Under the pieces are notes generated by a model. That model was not told the DNA's origin. It saw nothing but the letters and a program-made list of their open reading frames with translations, and did not search any database. 64,000 nt of DNA from positions 1,472,001-1,536,000 of the forward strand of contig CM000154.2 of assembly GCA_000004695.1 (NCBI GenBank), in the 5' to 3' direction. This stretch comes from Dictyostelium discoideum. Taxonomy: Eukaryota. This document shows, one piece after another, positions 1 to 14,101 of the stretch (position 1 is the first letter of the stretch; every line of letters begins with the position of its first letter). A program made the position numbers and the translations under genes.

Positions 1-1
1 T

Positions 2-1138
2 GTCAAATCTGGTACCATCACCACCTCTGAAGTTGCTCACAACATTCGTGTCATGAAATTCTCCGTATCACCAGTCGTCCGTGTTGCCGTCGAACCAAAG
101 AATCCATCTGATTTACCAAAACTCGTCGAAGGTCTCAAACGTTTAGCCAAATCCGATCCATGTGTACTCTGTTACTCTGAAGAATCTGGTGAACACATCG
201 TTGCCGGTGCTGGTGAACTCCATCTCGAAATTTGTCTTAAAGATCTTGCTGAAGATCACGCTGGTATTGAAATTAAAACCACCGATCCAGTCGTATCATT
301 CAGAGAATCCGTCTCAGAAGAATCATCAATCATGTGTCTTTCTAAATCACCAAACAAACACAATCGTCTCTTCATGAAAGCTTCACCAATCTCTATGGAA
401 TTACAAGATCTCATTGAAGCTGGTTCTGATATCTCATCCAAAGATGATCCAAAAGCTCGTGCTAACTATCTCGCTGATAACCACGAATGGGATAAAAATG
501 ATGCCATGAACATTTGGTCTTTCGGTCCAGAAGGTAACGGTGCCAATCTCCTCGTCAATGTCACCAAAGGTGTTCAATATTTGAATGAAATTAAAGATTC
601 TTTCGTTGGTGCTTTCCAATGGGCCACCAAAGAAGGTGTTGTTTGTGATGAAAACATGAGAGGTATCCGTTTCAATCTTTATGATGTCACCCTCCACACT
701 GATGCCATCCACAGAGGTGGTGGTCAAATCATCCCAACTGCTCGTCGTGTACTCTATGCTGCTGAATTAACTGCCTCCCCAACTCTCTTAGAACCAATCT
801 ACTTAGTAGAAATTACTGCCCCAGAAAACGCTATTGGTGGTATTTACTCTGTACTCAATCGTCGTAGAGGTATTGTTATTGGTGAAGAACGTCGTATCGG
901 TTCCCCATTATTCTCTGTCAAAGCTCATTTACCAGTATTAGAATCCTTCGGTTTCACCGCTGATTTACGTTCCCACACTGCCGGTCAAGCTTTCCCACAA
1001 TGTGTCTTCGATCATTGGGCTTCAATTGGTGTTGTCAACAAAGATAAGAAAGCCACTGAAGTCGCTTTAGCCACCAGAAAGAGAAAAGGTTTAGCCCCAG
1101 AAATCCCAGATCTTGACAAATTCCACGAAAAACTCTAA
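2..1138 (+). CDS. efbA: Elongation factor 2 (EF-2), C-terminal part. The gene starts upstream of the window.
   Basis: The open frame runs from base 2 with no stop until TAA at 1136-1138. Translation [47 protein letters not shown]...[18 protein letters not shown] is the conserved EF-2 domain IV/V sequence. Confidence 0.9.
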   Translation, partial: VKSGTITTSEVAHNIRVMKFSVSPVVRVAVEPKNPSDLPKLVEGLKRLAKSDPCVLCYSEESGEHIVAGAGELHLEICLKDLAEDHAGIEIKTTDPVVSFRESVSEESSIMCLSKSPNKHNRLFMKASPISMELQDLIEAGSDISSKDDPKARANYLADNHEWDKNDAMNIWSFGPEGNGANLLVNVTKGVQYLNEIKDSFVGAFQWATKEGVVCDENMRGIRFNLYDVTLHTDAIHRGGGQIIPTARRVLYAAELTASPTLLEPIYLVEITAPENAIGGIYSVLNRRRGIVIGEERRIGSPLFSVKAHLPVLESFGFTADLRSHTAGQAFPQCVFDHWASIGVVNKDKKATEVALATRKRKGLAPEIPDLDKFHEKL

Positions 1139-1381
1139 ACAATTTAAGTCGCACTTTGAGTTTTCAAATATAGTAATCAAATCTAAAAAAAATTTTAAAA
1201 AAAAAATAATAAAAAAAAAAAAATTAAAAAAAATAATATTTGTTTTGTAATTTATTTTCTTTTTTTTTTAAATTGATGTCCATTTTTAATTTTTATTGTT
1301 TAATATTTCCAAGCCTTATTTGAATAAAAAAATACTTTGTCAAATTACAGTTTCTAATTTTTTTTTTAAAAAAAAAATATA

Positions 1382-1389
1382 ACCCATAA
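1382..1389 (+). promoter_or_regulatory. DUSE-like upstream element (ACCCATAA) about 70 nt upstream of the Class I RNA candidate
   Basis: The sequence ACCCATAA matches the Dictyostelium upstream sequence element consensus [AT]CCCA[CT]AA described upstream of ncRNA genes. It lies 72 nt 5' of the GTTGG start of the candidate RNA. Confidence 0.4.
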
Positions 1390-1460
1390 TTTTTTTTTTT
1401 TTAAAAGTTTGGTAGAATTTAAATTTAGTTTGTGATTATTTTAATGTGTTTAACAAATAA

Positions 1461-1519
1461 GTTGGCCTTACAGCAAATTCTCACAAATTTTTACTGATTA
1501 AAAAAAACCCCTTGTCAAC
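1461..1519 (+). ncRNA. Candidate Class I RNA (Dictyostelium-specific small ncRNA)
   Basis: GTTGG is followed directly by CCTTACAGCAA, the 11-nt Class I motif, at 1466-1476. About 40 nt downstream is an A-rich ...ACCCC block, and UCAAC at 1515-1519 can pair with the 5' GUUGG as a 5-bp terminal stem with one G-U wobble. The total length is about 59 nt. A T-run follows. Confidence 0.5.
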
Positions 1520-2053
1520 TGTCCACTTTTATTTTTTTTTTGTTTGTTGTCCTGAAACGGGGATAATTTTTTGTGAATGACAAATTATCCACTATTTAAT
1601 GTATCAGTGAAAAAAATTTAAAACAAGATCCAAGCAATTTTAAATTTCTAAACGATTTCTTTTGTAAAATTTACAGACTAAGAAAATTAACATGCAAAGC
1701 TTATTTTATTCTGGAATCTGTGCTTTCGAATATATTTACTTTGCCCAATTCATATAATTAACTACAATTTCAATATTAAATTTATCGATTTAATTCATTT
1801 AATTTAAAACATGGGTGTATTAAAAAAAAAAAAAAAAAAAAAAAATAATAATGCACTAAATTTTAAAATTCTTTATTTGCTAACTCAAACAAAAAAAAAA
1901 AAAAAAGAAAAACTACTTTACATTTTAAAATTAAAATTCATAAATAAAACTATTTCATTGTTTATTCCTTTAATGTATAAACACTGATTAATCAATATTA
2001 AAAAAAAAAAAAAAAAAAAAAAGTAAACCAACAAGTAAAAAAAAAAAGTACAA

Positions 2054-2089
<36 letters not shown>

Positions 2090-2121
2090 AATTTTTTAAT
2101 TTATTTATTATTACTTTTTTT

Positions 2122-5100
2122 TTATTTATTTAAATCTTTTTTCAAAGATTCAAATAAAAATTCTTTTTGTTGAGTTGAAATAAAAGGTAAAAGATTTTGG
2201 AAACCATCAACGATTGATTCTGAATCTGATTGAACAAAATTTAAAATTTGATTGATAGCATATTGTTTTGAAAGATCAATAATCTTATCATTAATTATAT
2301 GAGAATTTGATTCGATTGTTGAAGAAATTAATTTATCGTTTTGATGGTAATCAACTGATTGATTGTTACCAAGGATTTGTTTAATCCAAGTTTCCAATAG
2401 ATTCAATTTTGATTGACGATTTAAACCTGGATGAGATTTATCGATTAATTTTAATTTATCCTCTTCAAATAATCTTCTCTTTATACGATCATAGAAGAAG
2501 GAACGAGCCGATTTCCATGGTACCATTTGTTTAATAACACCCTTTGCTTTCATTCTACCTGGAGTATCATGAAGATCAGCAAATTTAATGGCAATTTGTT
2601 GATAAATACCCAAGAGTTCTTTTTCTCTTTGTTGAATTTGAGATTTAATGGTCTTTTGAGATTGATCCAAACCATTGACACTAACACCAATTGGAATTGA
2701 TTTATCCCATTCAATAAGTTTTGGATCTAAACGATGCATAGTTTTAATGAGTTCTGGATCTCTATATTTAATTTCAGCGATACCATTTGGTTCCAATACA
2801 CCACCTCTACCTTCTTCACTACAATACATTTCCATCATATCCAAATTGATTGTTGAATCTAAAACTACCCAAGCACCACCACGTAATTCAGCAAATGGTG
2901 GAATATAGACCATAACTGGTTGTTTATAGTTTCTAAGGTTATCGACAATCATTGAACCAAATTTAAGGATTTCATCAAACATATCTCTCATACCACCACT
3001 AAAACCTCTCCAATTGGCCAAGATCATCAATGGTAACTCTTCACCATTATTGAAATCAGCGATTGCTTGAGCGGTCTTGAATGAAGAATCTGGATACCAA
3101 ACTTGGCCTGCTTGAGTATTAACTTGTTCATAAGAGAGTGGATTTGCTGGATCAGCAGGAATGATCTTTTCAACACTCTTTGTCTCGACTGCAATGATAC
3201 CAACTGGAATACCACCTAACCTAGCACGACCAGTGATTACAGTATTTGCCCAGCCAGCCAATGTTTCCATGAAACTATCCTTATCAAACATACCAGAAAT
3301 CCAATAGTTTGGATCGAGTTCCGATTGTAAACCTGCAATCAAATGTCTAGTATCACATTTACCATTGATTGAATTGGAAGGATCAAATTCGATATCTCTG
3401 TGTGGTGAATCGATTGGTGAAATAATTGGTACCATTTCACCACCACTCTTTGGTACAAATGATAACCATTGAAGTACATTTGTAATACCACGAAGTTCAT
3501 CATTGACAATGATATGAGAAACACCATTTGGATACATAATTTGTGAACCACCCAATTGTTGATTGGATTCATAGACTTCTTTACCCAAAACTTTATTCAA
3601 AGCTGAAGCACCAGTTAAAATGATTGGAGCATCATTTTGAATGGTTCTTTGACCCAATCTAACTAGGTATGCACCAATACCAACTGAACGACCTGATACG
3701 AGTGTAATTGTAAAGATTTCATTGTAAGCTTGTGAGGTTTCACCAGCGATTAAACCTGACCAACTTAAATTTTCAACACCAATACCATTTTTTTGACCAA
3801 TGATATCATGAATGATCCATTTGTCTTTATCGGTAGTATCTTGATAAGCAATGACACTATCTTTTAATGCTTGATAATCGTTATTGGTTAAATAAAGGTT
3901 TTTAATACCTTTGGTTGGATCGGATGGAACGTTCCAAGTTACTTTAAATTTACTCTTAATTTCATCGGCTAAACCAATTCTAGCACCAGAATTTGAAGAT
4001 AAATAAATTCTTGGTATTTTTTCTTTTCTTGCCAATTCCGAAGCCAATTTAAATAACATATCTTCTTGTGGACCGAATGAACCAATTTGGTGAGTGATAT
4101 CATTAGCAATCACTATGGCCTGTCTACCTAATGGATATTCAGGAGTATAGAAAGTCATTCTCCAAGCTACCATACCAATATCATTGTAACCAATTGGACG
4201 ATAGGTTTCTTCAAGTTTTGGTTTACTCTCTTCTGGTAATTGATCCAATGGAATTGATGGTGGGAAATCAGTATTGATAGTAGATGGTAGAATCAATTCA
4301 ACACTTTCTAAAACACCACGAGATGATGGATAAACCTTGACAGGATTTGTTTTATTTGATTCCATAAATTCCATCCAAATGTTTTGCATTGCCTCTCTAA
4401 AGAGATCAGGATAATCATAACAATAGGTTGTATCTAAACGTTGAGCTTTAAATCTATTTCTTTGAACAGCATCCATAATTGGGTAAGGTGTATCAACTGG
4501 TAAACCTTCCCAACTACCTTTTGAACTACCAGGTACAACTGCGAAAACCATTTGACCAATTGAATTTTGTTGTTCATAATAGCATTGAACTTGGAAAGCA
4601 TAACCAGTTGGGTTTTGTACAAAGAAACGAACTGGAATTAAACCATCACCTTTTCTAATACGACCTCTAACCTCTACACGACCAACTCTAAGTTTCCAAA
4701 GTCTTTTACCTAAACGATCACCAATCTCTTGAACTACATAACCAATCATTTTCTCATCAAACATTACCTCTGGCATTACATTTAAAAATATTGAATGATT
4801 TTGTGCTTTTTCATACTTTTTATTTGACATTGCAATCTCTAATGATTCAATTGACTCTGAGAGTAGAGTTTCAATTTGTGATAATAAAATATCAACTTTA
4901 ATCTCATTGGAATGACCATATAGATCTGAATAACGAATAACTGAACGTACAAAGAAACTACGATCAGCATCCGGATCAGTTTCTTTCTTACCTTTCTCTT
5001 GAGCATAGTAGAGATGAATTCTTTGACTAGTGGTTGGAACGTGAGTTATATCGAAATTTGATAATTTTCTAACCTCTAAATGATAGGCCATAGCTGGTTC

Positions 5101-8100
5101 AATATGTCTAAAGATTGGATCCTCCATATACATATGACGTTCTCTAAAAGTGAAATATTTCAATGGTTTACCTTCATCACCACCACAACAAATAAATGTT
5201 ATACGACGAATACGTGCAATTGACAACTCTTTAATATAACCCTTTAATATTGATTGGAATGAAGAGATAGCTTGATTCTCTTGTGAGATTGATTCTGGAT
5301 AGATTGAAATGATAACACTAAGAATATCTGTACTTTCATTTGGTGAGAGGGATAATTGAGATTTCTTATTATTCTCTTCATTGTAGCGTGTTAAAATCAA
5401 TGGTAATTTCTCTTCAAATTTCTTTTCATTTTCAAAGAATACCATCATACCATAACGAAGTTTTGTTTGATCTTCCATTGCAGTTAATGAGTCAGTTGAA
5501 TCAGTTCTTAACATTGATAAACCATTAAAAATTGACATTGATGGTCTTGGTGAAATTTGGAAACCACTACCACCACTACTACCACCACTACTACTAATAG
5601 ATCTTATTAATGGTGAACCATAAGTTGGTGAGCCACTATTACTACCACCAAGATTTGATTGTTGTGGTAAATTAATATAGAAATGCCATTCAATGAATGA
5701 AAATCCACTTGATCCTTCATCATTTGATAGTGTAACTTTAGTATCTTCAACATAATAGGAACGATAACTATGACGTACATAAACTTCCATTGCTAATTTA
5801 CGAATATCATCATCATTATTTGATTCATTGAAAAACATTGGTATTAAAATATCACTAATTTCATTTGTTTGTTTTGATAATTTTGAAATTTTTTCATCCT
5901 TATTATCTTGAACTTTTTCATCAACTTGTTGTTGTTGTTCATTGTTTACATTTAAAATTGATTTTAATGAATTAATTAAATCATTTGATCTTTGTTTATT
6001 TGAAGGTAATTGAGAATGAACCATGATATGTTTAGCTTTTAAAGAGATTTCCATACAATTACCACCAAGTGATGATAATTTTTTAAATTGTTCAACGAAA
6101 TCACAAACTAAACCTTGTTCTTGAATTTTATTTAGTAATAATAAAATGAATTTATATTTTTTAGATTGTGGATGTAATGATTGAGCGATATCAACAACCT
6201 TTGAAATATTATCTTTATAGGTAGGTCTAATTGATTTTAAAACTGTTTGAATATTTTTATTTTGTAAATTAGTTTCAATTTGAATGAATTCTTCTAAATA
6301 ATTTTTAAAGATATTAATCGCAGCGAATGAAACACCATCATTATATTTCTCTGCTAATAAAATGATTGGTTTAATTAATAATTGAATTGCAATTGATAAT
6401 TGTTCATTCTCTAATAATAATTTATTTAAATATAATGAAATTGATAATTGTAAATTTTTTGAATTAAATAATTCACTATCATCTTCATCGTCGTCGTCAT
6501 TATTAAATTCAAATTTATTTAATTCATCATTAATTAATTTAAATAATGATTGTGGTATTCTTGACTGAACAATTGATAATTGTTCTTTAAATTCAAATAA
6601 TGGTAATTTTTGATTTGATAATTGTTTAATTGTATCATTTAAAAGTTGATTTAAATCATTTGATTCATAACCACATAAAACATTTGAAATTTTACCAAGA
6701 GTATAATTTAAGAGTTGATGTGGTTTATTACCAATTAGAGTTGGTGGTGACATTTTTGTAAGGGAACCAGTGAAAACGGTTGATTTTTGAATTGATGATT
6801 GGTCTGATAATTCCAAGTTAGCAATGATTGCACCAGGTGCCATTACTGAACCTTCAGTGAGTACGAATTTAATGATACCTTTCTCTGGTACTAACAATGG
6901 CATATACATTTTCATAACTTCAATCTCTGCAAATGGAGTACCTTTTACAACTAATGAACCATCATCAACCAAATAACGTACTAATTTACCAGGTGATGAG
7001 GTTCTAAGTATACTTGGATCATATTCTTGAGAGAAAACACAAGTTTTAGAGTCAATCATTAATGATAACCCAATTACATCCTCTCTACCATAACAAACAT
7101 GTGTTGAACCATTCAATAGAATTAATAAACCACTATCGGATAACATTATAACACTTGAATCGATTGAGACTGCACTTTTATCATTCTTTAAACAAACTGA
7201 ATAATTGTTTATACCAGTTCTTGAGACTTCAAATTGATATTTAACATTATTATAGATCAATTCAATTGGTAGCGAATTATTTAATAACTCCAAACTTGGT
7301 AATTGACCATTTGATAATTGATTTGAGAATTCTTGAATCTTTGTTGAGAAAATGGTTGAAGCTTTATAGATTGCACCACATAATACAACGATCATTGTTT
7401 CTGGTTTTTTAGTTTGAATCTTTTCACTAATCAATTGATCTAACCAACCGGTATGAATATGGTTCTCTTTGAAATCTTTACTCTCCAATAAATGAATGAT
7501 ATATTCCACTGGGGTTCTAATATCACCACGAATTGAAATCTCTTTTAGACCCAAAATAATGGTTTTTCTAGCTTCTTCTCTTGTTGCACCATTGGCAAAG
7601 ATATGACCAAATTGTGAATCTGCATACTCGTGAAGACCACCTTTAGCACCAACACTGAAATAACCCCAAATATTTGGTGTACTTCTAAAGGTGAGTTCAT
7701 GGATTTGACCAGACGTTGGTTTAAAACCCTCATCAGGATTTTCACCTGTGATTCTAACTGCAATACAATGACCAGCTGGTGGATTACGTTTAGTGAAATC
7801 GTGTAAATCAATCATTGAATCCCCATAGAGATCATCACCAGTACGACCATACAATTTTCTAATATCCGGTATTCTATGTAATGGTATACCCATTGCAATT
7901 TGTAATTGAGTTGCTGGTAAATTTACACCAGTGATTTGTTCAGTCACTGGATGTTCAACTTGAAGACGTGGATTCAATTCCAAAAAGTAATATTCTCCCT
8001 CTGCAAATAAATACTCTACTGTACCAGCACCAACATAACCAACCTCTTTGACTAAACGTACGGCGGCACGTTCCATCTCTTCCCAAACTTGTGGGGTTGG

Positions 8101-8997
8101 TGCAATTGCTGGACCCTCTTCAATGATCTTTTGATGACGACGTTGTACTGAACAATCACGACCATTCAATGAGATGGCTTCACCATGACGATCGGCAACG
8201 ATTTGAACCTCTAAATGACGGGCATTCGATACTAACTTCATAAAGAAAATCGGTGAACCTGGTACTTCATTTTGAACCTGTCTAAACGATGACTCGAGAT
8301 CCTCCATTGAGGTCACCTTTCTAATACCTTTACCACCACCACCTTCACTTGCTTTAATCATTGCTGGGAAACCAACACGTTGAGCACATTCACGTGCCTC
8401 CTCAACTGAATTGATACATGCACGACCATAGATTTCCGATGGTACGCCATTACATTCGCTATAGTCCACTTTTAATCCACTACCACTCCATGGTACACAT
8501 GCGACACGTGCACTTTGTGCAACGATTGTCGATGCAATTTTATCACCTAAATCTGCCATAGCCTTGGCGGGTGGCCCAATGAAAACTATACCTGTCTCTG
8601 TTTTTGATAAAAGGTCTGGTAAACGTGGATTCTCTGATGCGTGTCCCCAACCGGCCCAAACAGCTTGTACACCAGCTCGTTCTGCAAAATCTACAATAAT
8701 ATCCACATTTGCATAGTTGTTATTATTCGATCCACCTGGTACCTGTAATATTTGGTCTGCCATTCTAATATATTCAGCGTTTGCCTTCATATCCTCTGGT
8801 GTTGCCATCACAACAAATTTAATTGCTCTTTCATTACCAAAGTTTGTATATGCCCATTTTCTAACTGATCTAATTGCTTTTACCGCTGCTATACCATTAT
8901 TTGCAATTAATATCTTTTCTATATTTTTATCACCTCCTAATTTTTTAATATATTCATTAATTTCAATCATTTCATCTGAAATAATTTTAAAAAACAA
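2122..8997 (-). CDS. accA: Acetyl-CoA carboxylase (biotin carboxylase + BCCP + carboxyltransferase), apparently one 6.9-kb exon
   Basis: The ORF encodes 2291 aa. The N-terminus has GGDKNIEKILIANNGIAAVKAIRSVRKWAY, the biotin carboxylase ATP-grasp. The biotinyl-lysine motif is EVMKMYMPL. The C-terminal carboxyltransferase has ...GGSQIMYPNGVSHIIV... The whole length aligns with eukaryotic ACC1. Confidence 0.9.
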   Translation of the reverse strand: MFFKIISDEMIEINEYIKKLGGDKNIEKILIANNGIAAVKAIRSVRKWAYTNFGNERAIKFVVMATPEDMKANAEYIRMADQILQVPGGSNNNNYANVDIIVDFAERAGVQAVWAGWGHASENPRLPDLLSKTETGIVFIGPPAKAMADLGDKIASTIVAQSARVACVPWSGSGLKVDYSECNGVPSEIYGRACINSVEEARECAQRVGFPAMIKASEGGGGKGIRKVTSMEDLESSFRQVQNEVPGSPIFFMKLVSNARHLEVQIVADRHGEAISLNGRDCSVQRRHQKIIEEGPAIAPTPQVWEEMERAAVRLVKEVGYVGAGTVEYLFAEGEYYFLELNPRLQVEHPVTEQITGVNLPATQLQIAMGIPLHRIPDIRKLYGRTGDDLYGDSMIDLHDFTKRNPPAGHCIAVRITGENPDEGFKPTSGQIHELTFRSTPNIWGYFSVGAKGGLHEYADSQFGHIFANGATREEARKTIILGLKEISIRGDIRTPVEYIIHLLESKDFKENHIHTGWLDQLISEKIQTKKPETMIVVLCGAIYKASTIFSTKIQEFSNQLSNGQLPSLELLNNSLPIELIYNNVKYQFEVSRTGINNYSVCLKNDKSAVSIDSSVIMLSDSGLLILLNGSTHVCYGREDVIGLSLMIDSKTCVFSQEYDPSILRTSSPGKLVRYLVDDGSLVVKGTPFAEIEVMKMYMPLLVPEKGIIKFVLTEGSVMAPGAIIANLELSDQSSIQKSTVFTGSLTKMSPPTLIGNKPHQLLNYTLGKISNVLCGYESNDLNQLLNDTIKQLSNQKLPLFEFKEQLSIVQSRIPQSLFKLINDELNKFEFNNDDDDEDDSELFNSKNLQLSISLYLNKLLLENEQLSIAIQLLIKPIILLAEKYNDGVSFAAINIFKNYLEEFIQIETNLQNKNIQTVLKSIRPTYKDNISKVVDIAQSLHPQSKKYKFILLLLNKIQEQGLVCDFVEQFKKLSSLGGNCMEISLKAKHIMVHSQLPSNKQRSNDLINSLKSILNVNNEQQQQVDEKVQDNKDEKISKLSKQTNEISDILIPMFFNESNNDDDIRKLAMEVYVRHSYRSYYVEDTKVTLSNDEGSSGFSFIEWHFYINLPQQSNLGGSNSGSPTYGSPLIRSISSSGGSSGGSGFQISPRPSMSIFNGLSMLRTDSTDSLTAMEDQTKLRYGMMVFFENEKKFEEKLPLILTRYNEENNKKSQLSLSPNESTDILSVIISIYPESISQENQAISSFQSILKGYIKELSIARIRRITFICCGGDEGKPLKYFTFRERHMYMEDPIFRHIEPAMAYHLEVRKLSNFDITHVPTTSQRIHLYYAQEKGKKETDPDADRSFFVRSVIRYSDLYGHSNEIKVDILLSQIETLLSESIESLEIAMSNKKYEKAQNHSIFLNVMPEVMFDEKMIGYVVQEIGDRLGKRLWKLRVGRVEVRGRIRKGDGLIPVRFFVQNPTGYAFQVQCYYEQQNSIGQMVFAVVPGSSKGSWEGLPVDTPYPIMDAVQRNRFKAQRLDTTYCYDYPDLFREAMQNIWMEFMESNKTNPVKVYPSSRGVLESVELILPSTINTDFPPSIPLDQLPEESKPKLEETYRPIGYNDIGMVAWRMTFYTPEYPLGRQAIVIANDITHQIGSFGPQEDMLFKLASELARKEKIPRIYLSSNSGARIGLADEIKSKFKVTWNVPSDPTKGIKNLYLTNNDYQALKDSVIAYQDTTDKDKWIIHDIIGQKNGIGVENLSWSGLIAGETSQAYNEIFTITLVSGRSVGIGAYLVRLGQRTIQNDAPIILTGASALNKVLGKEVYESNQQLGGSQIMYPNGVSHIIVNDELRGITNVLQWLSFVPKSGGEMVPIISPIDSPHRDIEFDPSNSINGKCDTRHLIAGLQSELDPNYWISGMFDKDSFMETLAGWANTVITGRARLGGIPVGIIAVETKSVEKIIPADPANPLSYEQVNTQAGQVWYPDSSFKTAQAIADFNNGEELPLMILANWRGFSGGMRDMFDEILKFGSMIVDNLRNYKQPVMVYIPPFAELRGGAWVVLDSTINLDMMEMYCSEEGRGGVLEPNGIAEIKYRDPELIKTMHRLDPKLIEWDKSIPIGVSVNGLDQSQKTIKSQIQQREKELLGIYQQIAIKFADLHDTPGRMKAKGVIKQMVPWKSARSFFYDRIKRRLFEEDKLKLIDKSHPGLNRQSKLNLLETWIKQILGNNQSVDYHQNDKLISSTIESNSHIINDKIIDLSKQYAINQILNFVQSDSESIVDGFQNLLPFISTQQKEFLFESLKKDLNK

Positions 8998-9459
8998 TTA
9001 AAAAAAATAAAAATAAAAAAAAAAATAAAAAAAAAAATAAAAAAAAAAATAAAAAAAAAAAAAAAATGAAAATATTAATATTTTAAAACAGTAATTAAAT
9101 TATTTTTAAAAATAAATATGATTAAAAAAAAAAAAAAAAATAAAAAAAAAATAAAGTAAAAAACAAATAAAATAAATACTAATAAAAAACTATATTGAAA
9201 CTATTTAAAGTTTTTAACCTATATTACAATTTTTCTATGTTGGTTATGGTTTGGTTGTTAATTTCCTTATCCCCTTTTTTTTTTTTTTTTTTGTTTTTTT
9301 TTTTTTTTTATTTTTTTTTAAAAAAAAAAAAAAAAATTAATTTTAAATTATAAGTTTGAAAGTTTTAATTTGTTATTGTTATTATTGTTATTGTTTTTAT
9401 TTCTATATTTTTATTGTTGTTGTTATTGTTGTTATTACCCGTATTTTATTATTTTATTA

Positions 9460-9491
<32 letters not shown>

Positions 9492-9640
9492 TATATATAA
9501 ATTATCTTAATTATATATTACAACTCCAATATTATTACAATTGTTATTAATGATATCTATTAATGTTTATAGGGTAGCCTTTGTTTGAGTGTTGTGTATT
9601 GTGTGGTGTGTGGGTGTGTGGGTTTGTTATGAATGTGTGT

Positions 9641-9700
9641 GTTTTGGTTTTGGGTTTGGGTTTGGGTTTGGGTTTGGGTTTGGGTTTGGGTTTGGGTTTT
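9641..9700. repeat. (GGGTTT)n microsatellite inside a GT-rich block at 9590-9700
   Basis: ggtttgggtttgggtttggg... is about 10 units. It is preceded by gtgtgtgg-type GT-rich sequence. Confidence 0.7.
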
Positions 9701-9783
9701 ATTTATAAGGGATTAATTTCTAAAGTTAATTTTATTTTAAATAGATTAGTATAACTTTTAAAATTTACAGATTTAAAAATTAA

Positions 9784-9823
<40 letters not shown>

Positions 9824-10203
9824 CTTTTTTCTTTTTTTTTTTATTTTTTATTTTTTTTATTTTTTTTCTTCTTATTTTGTTTCTTTTTATATCAGACAAA
9901 AAATCTATTTAGAGGATGAAACTCCTCAAGTTGAAAGATTTATTTTAAAATCCGATTAAAGGAATAAAAAATAAAAAAAAAAAAAAGTATATAAAAAGGA
10001 ATTCCATCAAATAATAAAAAAAAAATAAAATAAAAAAAAGATATTTTGATATTTTAATTTTTTATTTTATTTTATTTTATTTTATTTTATTTTATTTTAT
10101 TTTATTTTAAAATTTTTTTATATTACAATTTAAAATCGTATTTGATTATTCGGGTAAAAATAATTATTGTTTTAATTAATTGAAATGAGCACTTCTTGCC
10201 TTG

Positions 10204-10243
<40 letters not shown>

Positions 10244-10941
10244 AAAATGAAAATTATTTTTTTAAAAAATGAAATTAAAAAAAAAATTAAAAAAAAAAAA
10301 AAAGATATTTTTTGATTAAAGGGATTTTTATTATTTATTTTTATTTATTTTATTTTATTTTTTTTTTTTTATTTTCGTCTGAAAATATTTTTTGGTTGGG
10401 AAAACAAAAAAAAATAAAAAAATAAAAAAAACTAATTAATAGTTAATAGTTAACTATATTGGTGACGAATATAGATTTTTTTTTTAATTTTTAAAAAATA
10501 AAAAAATAAAAAATATTGAAAGTTGATGGTTTTTTTCTTTTTTCCCAAAATGTTTTAATTATTTTTAATTTTTTTTTTTTTTTTTTTTTTTTTGACACCT
10601 TACAATGTGTTTGTTAATATTTATTTTTTTTTTTTTTTTTTAAAAAAAAAAGATTTGACCAGTCAAAAAATTTTGTATTATCTTTTGGAATATCATAGGT
10701 TTTATCTTAAATTTTCGTTTAATCTTTATTAGCGTCATAAATTACTTATTATTAATAATATTGTCATCATTACAATAACATTTATTTATTTATTTTATTT
10801 TTTGGTTTTATAAATAATTTTTGATGGGTTGCACCACAATAAAAAAAAAAAAAAAAAAAAACCATCCCAAGATCTTTAATTTTCGAATGTACACTTTGTT
10901 TTATTTTATTTCGTTTATTTTTTATATTCTCTCTAAAGATA

Positions 10942-12969
<2,028 letters not shown>

Positions 12970-14051
12970 TTAAATTCAAAAAGTAAAAAATAATGTGAAA
13001 AAAAAAATAAAAAAAAAAAAAAAAAAAAATAAAAAAAAATCTTTTTTTTAAATTTTTTTTTATTTTTTTTAATTTTTTTTTAATTAATAAATTTTTATTT
13101 TCTTATTTTTAATTTCCTTAAATGGAAATATTAAAAAATTATCAATGAAATATTTGGAAATACTTTTAACCTTCAAAAAATTCCAATGTAAATAAAGTCT
13201 TAAAATTTCAATCAAAAAAGAAATTAATTTTGTTTTTATTAAATTTCTTATTAAACAAAAATAATTAAAAAAAAAAAAGAGTTTAGAAAAAGATAAAAAT
13301 TAATTCCTATTATATCAAAATGAATTGAAATTTTAAATAAAATTCCAATATATATGATTGTTTTGGATGAAGTAATTTTTTAAAAATAGAATTTATTGAA
13401 AAAAAAAAAAAAAAAAAAAGTTTAAACCAAGAAATAATTTATAATTTCAAAATAAAAGCACTAAACCAATAAAAAAATTAATTTTTAATAATAAATAATA
13501 TTAATATTCTTATCCATTTCATAAAAAAACATCATAATTTTTTTTTTTTTTATAACACTAATAAAATATAAAAAATTAATATTATTTATTCATTTGTTTT
13601 AAAAAATATTAAAAACCACACCAACATCGAATTTTTTTTTTTTTTTTTTAAAAAAATGTACAAAATTGGAAAATCTCCCACACACACCCACACAAACCAT
13701 TAAAAGTGAAAAACATAATTCTTGATAAATTAGTGCCATAGAAAAAACTTAAACAAATAAATACATACACAAATTCAACTAGTATCATACTTAGGCAAAG
13801 GAATTTTTTTATTTTTTAAAATTTTTTTAATTTTAATTTTTATTTTTATTTTATATAACCCACACGTATTAGTTTTCTAAACCATTGTTTTCTATTTTTT
13901 TTTATATTTTTTTTTTTTATTTTTTTTTTTTTTTTTTTTTTATATTTTTTAATTTTTTAAAACTCTTTTAATTTATTTATTGTATAAAAAAAATTTTATT
14001 TTGTAATAAGTCAACAAATATCAATAATTTAATAAAAAATCTTTAGATCTT

Positions 14052-14098
<47 letters not shown>

Positions 14099-14101
<3 letters not shown>

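Noticed and set aside
162-727. Three small ORFs on either strand inside the EF-2 coding region
   Set aside because: They are embedded in a strongly conserved EF-2 frame. They are spurious.
8717-9001. 94-aa plus-strand ORF
   Set aside because: It is antisense to the N-terminal biotin carboxylase region of ACC. There is no independent support.
9000-10940. Possible genes in the 2-kb gap between ACC and the zf-C3Hc3H gene
   Set aside because: There are only A/T homopolymers, (ATTTT)n and GT-rich simple repeats. The ORF 9356..9550 is poly-Y/F repeat translation.
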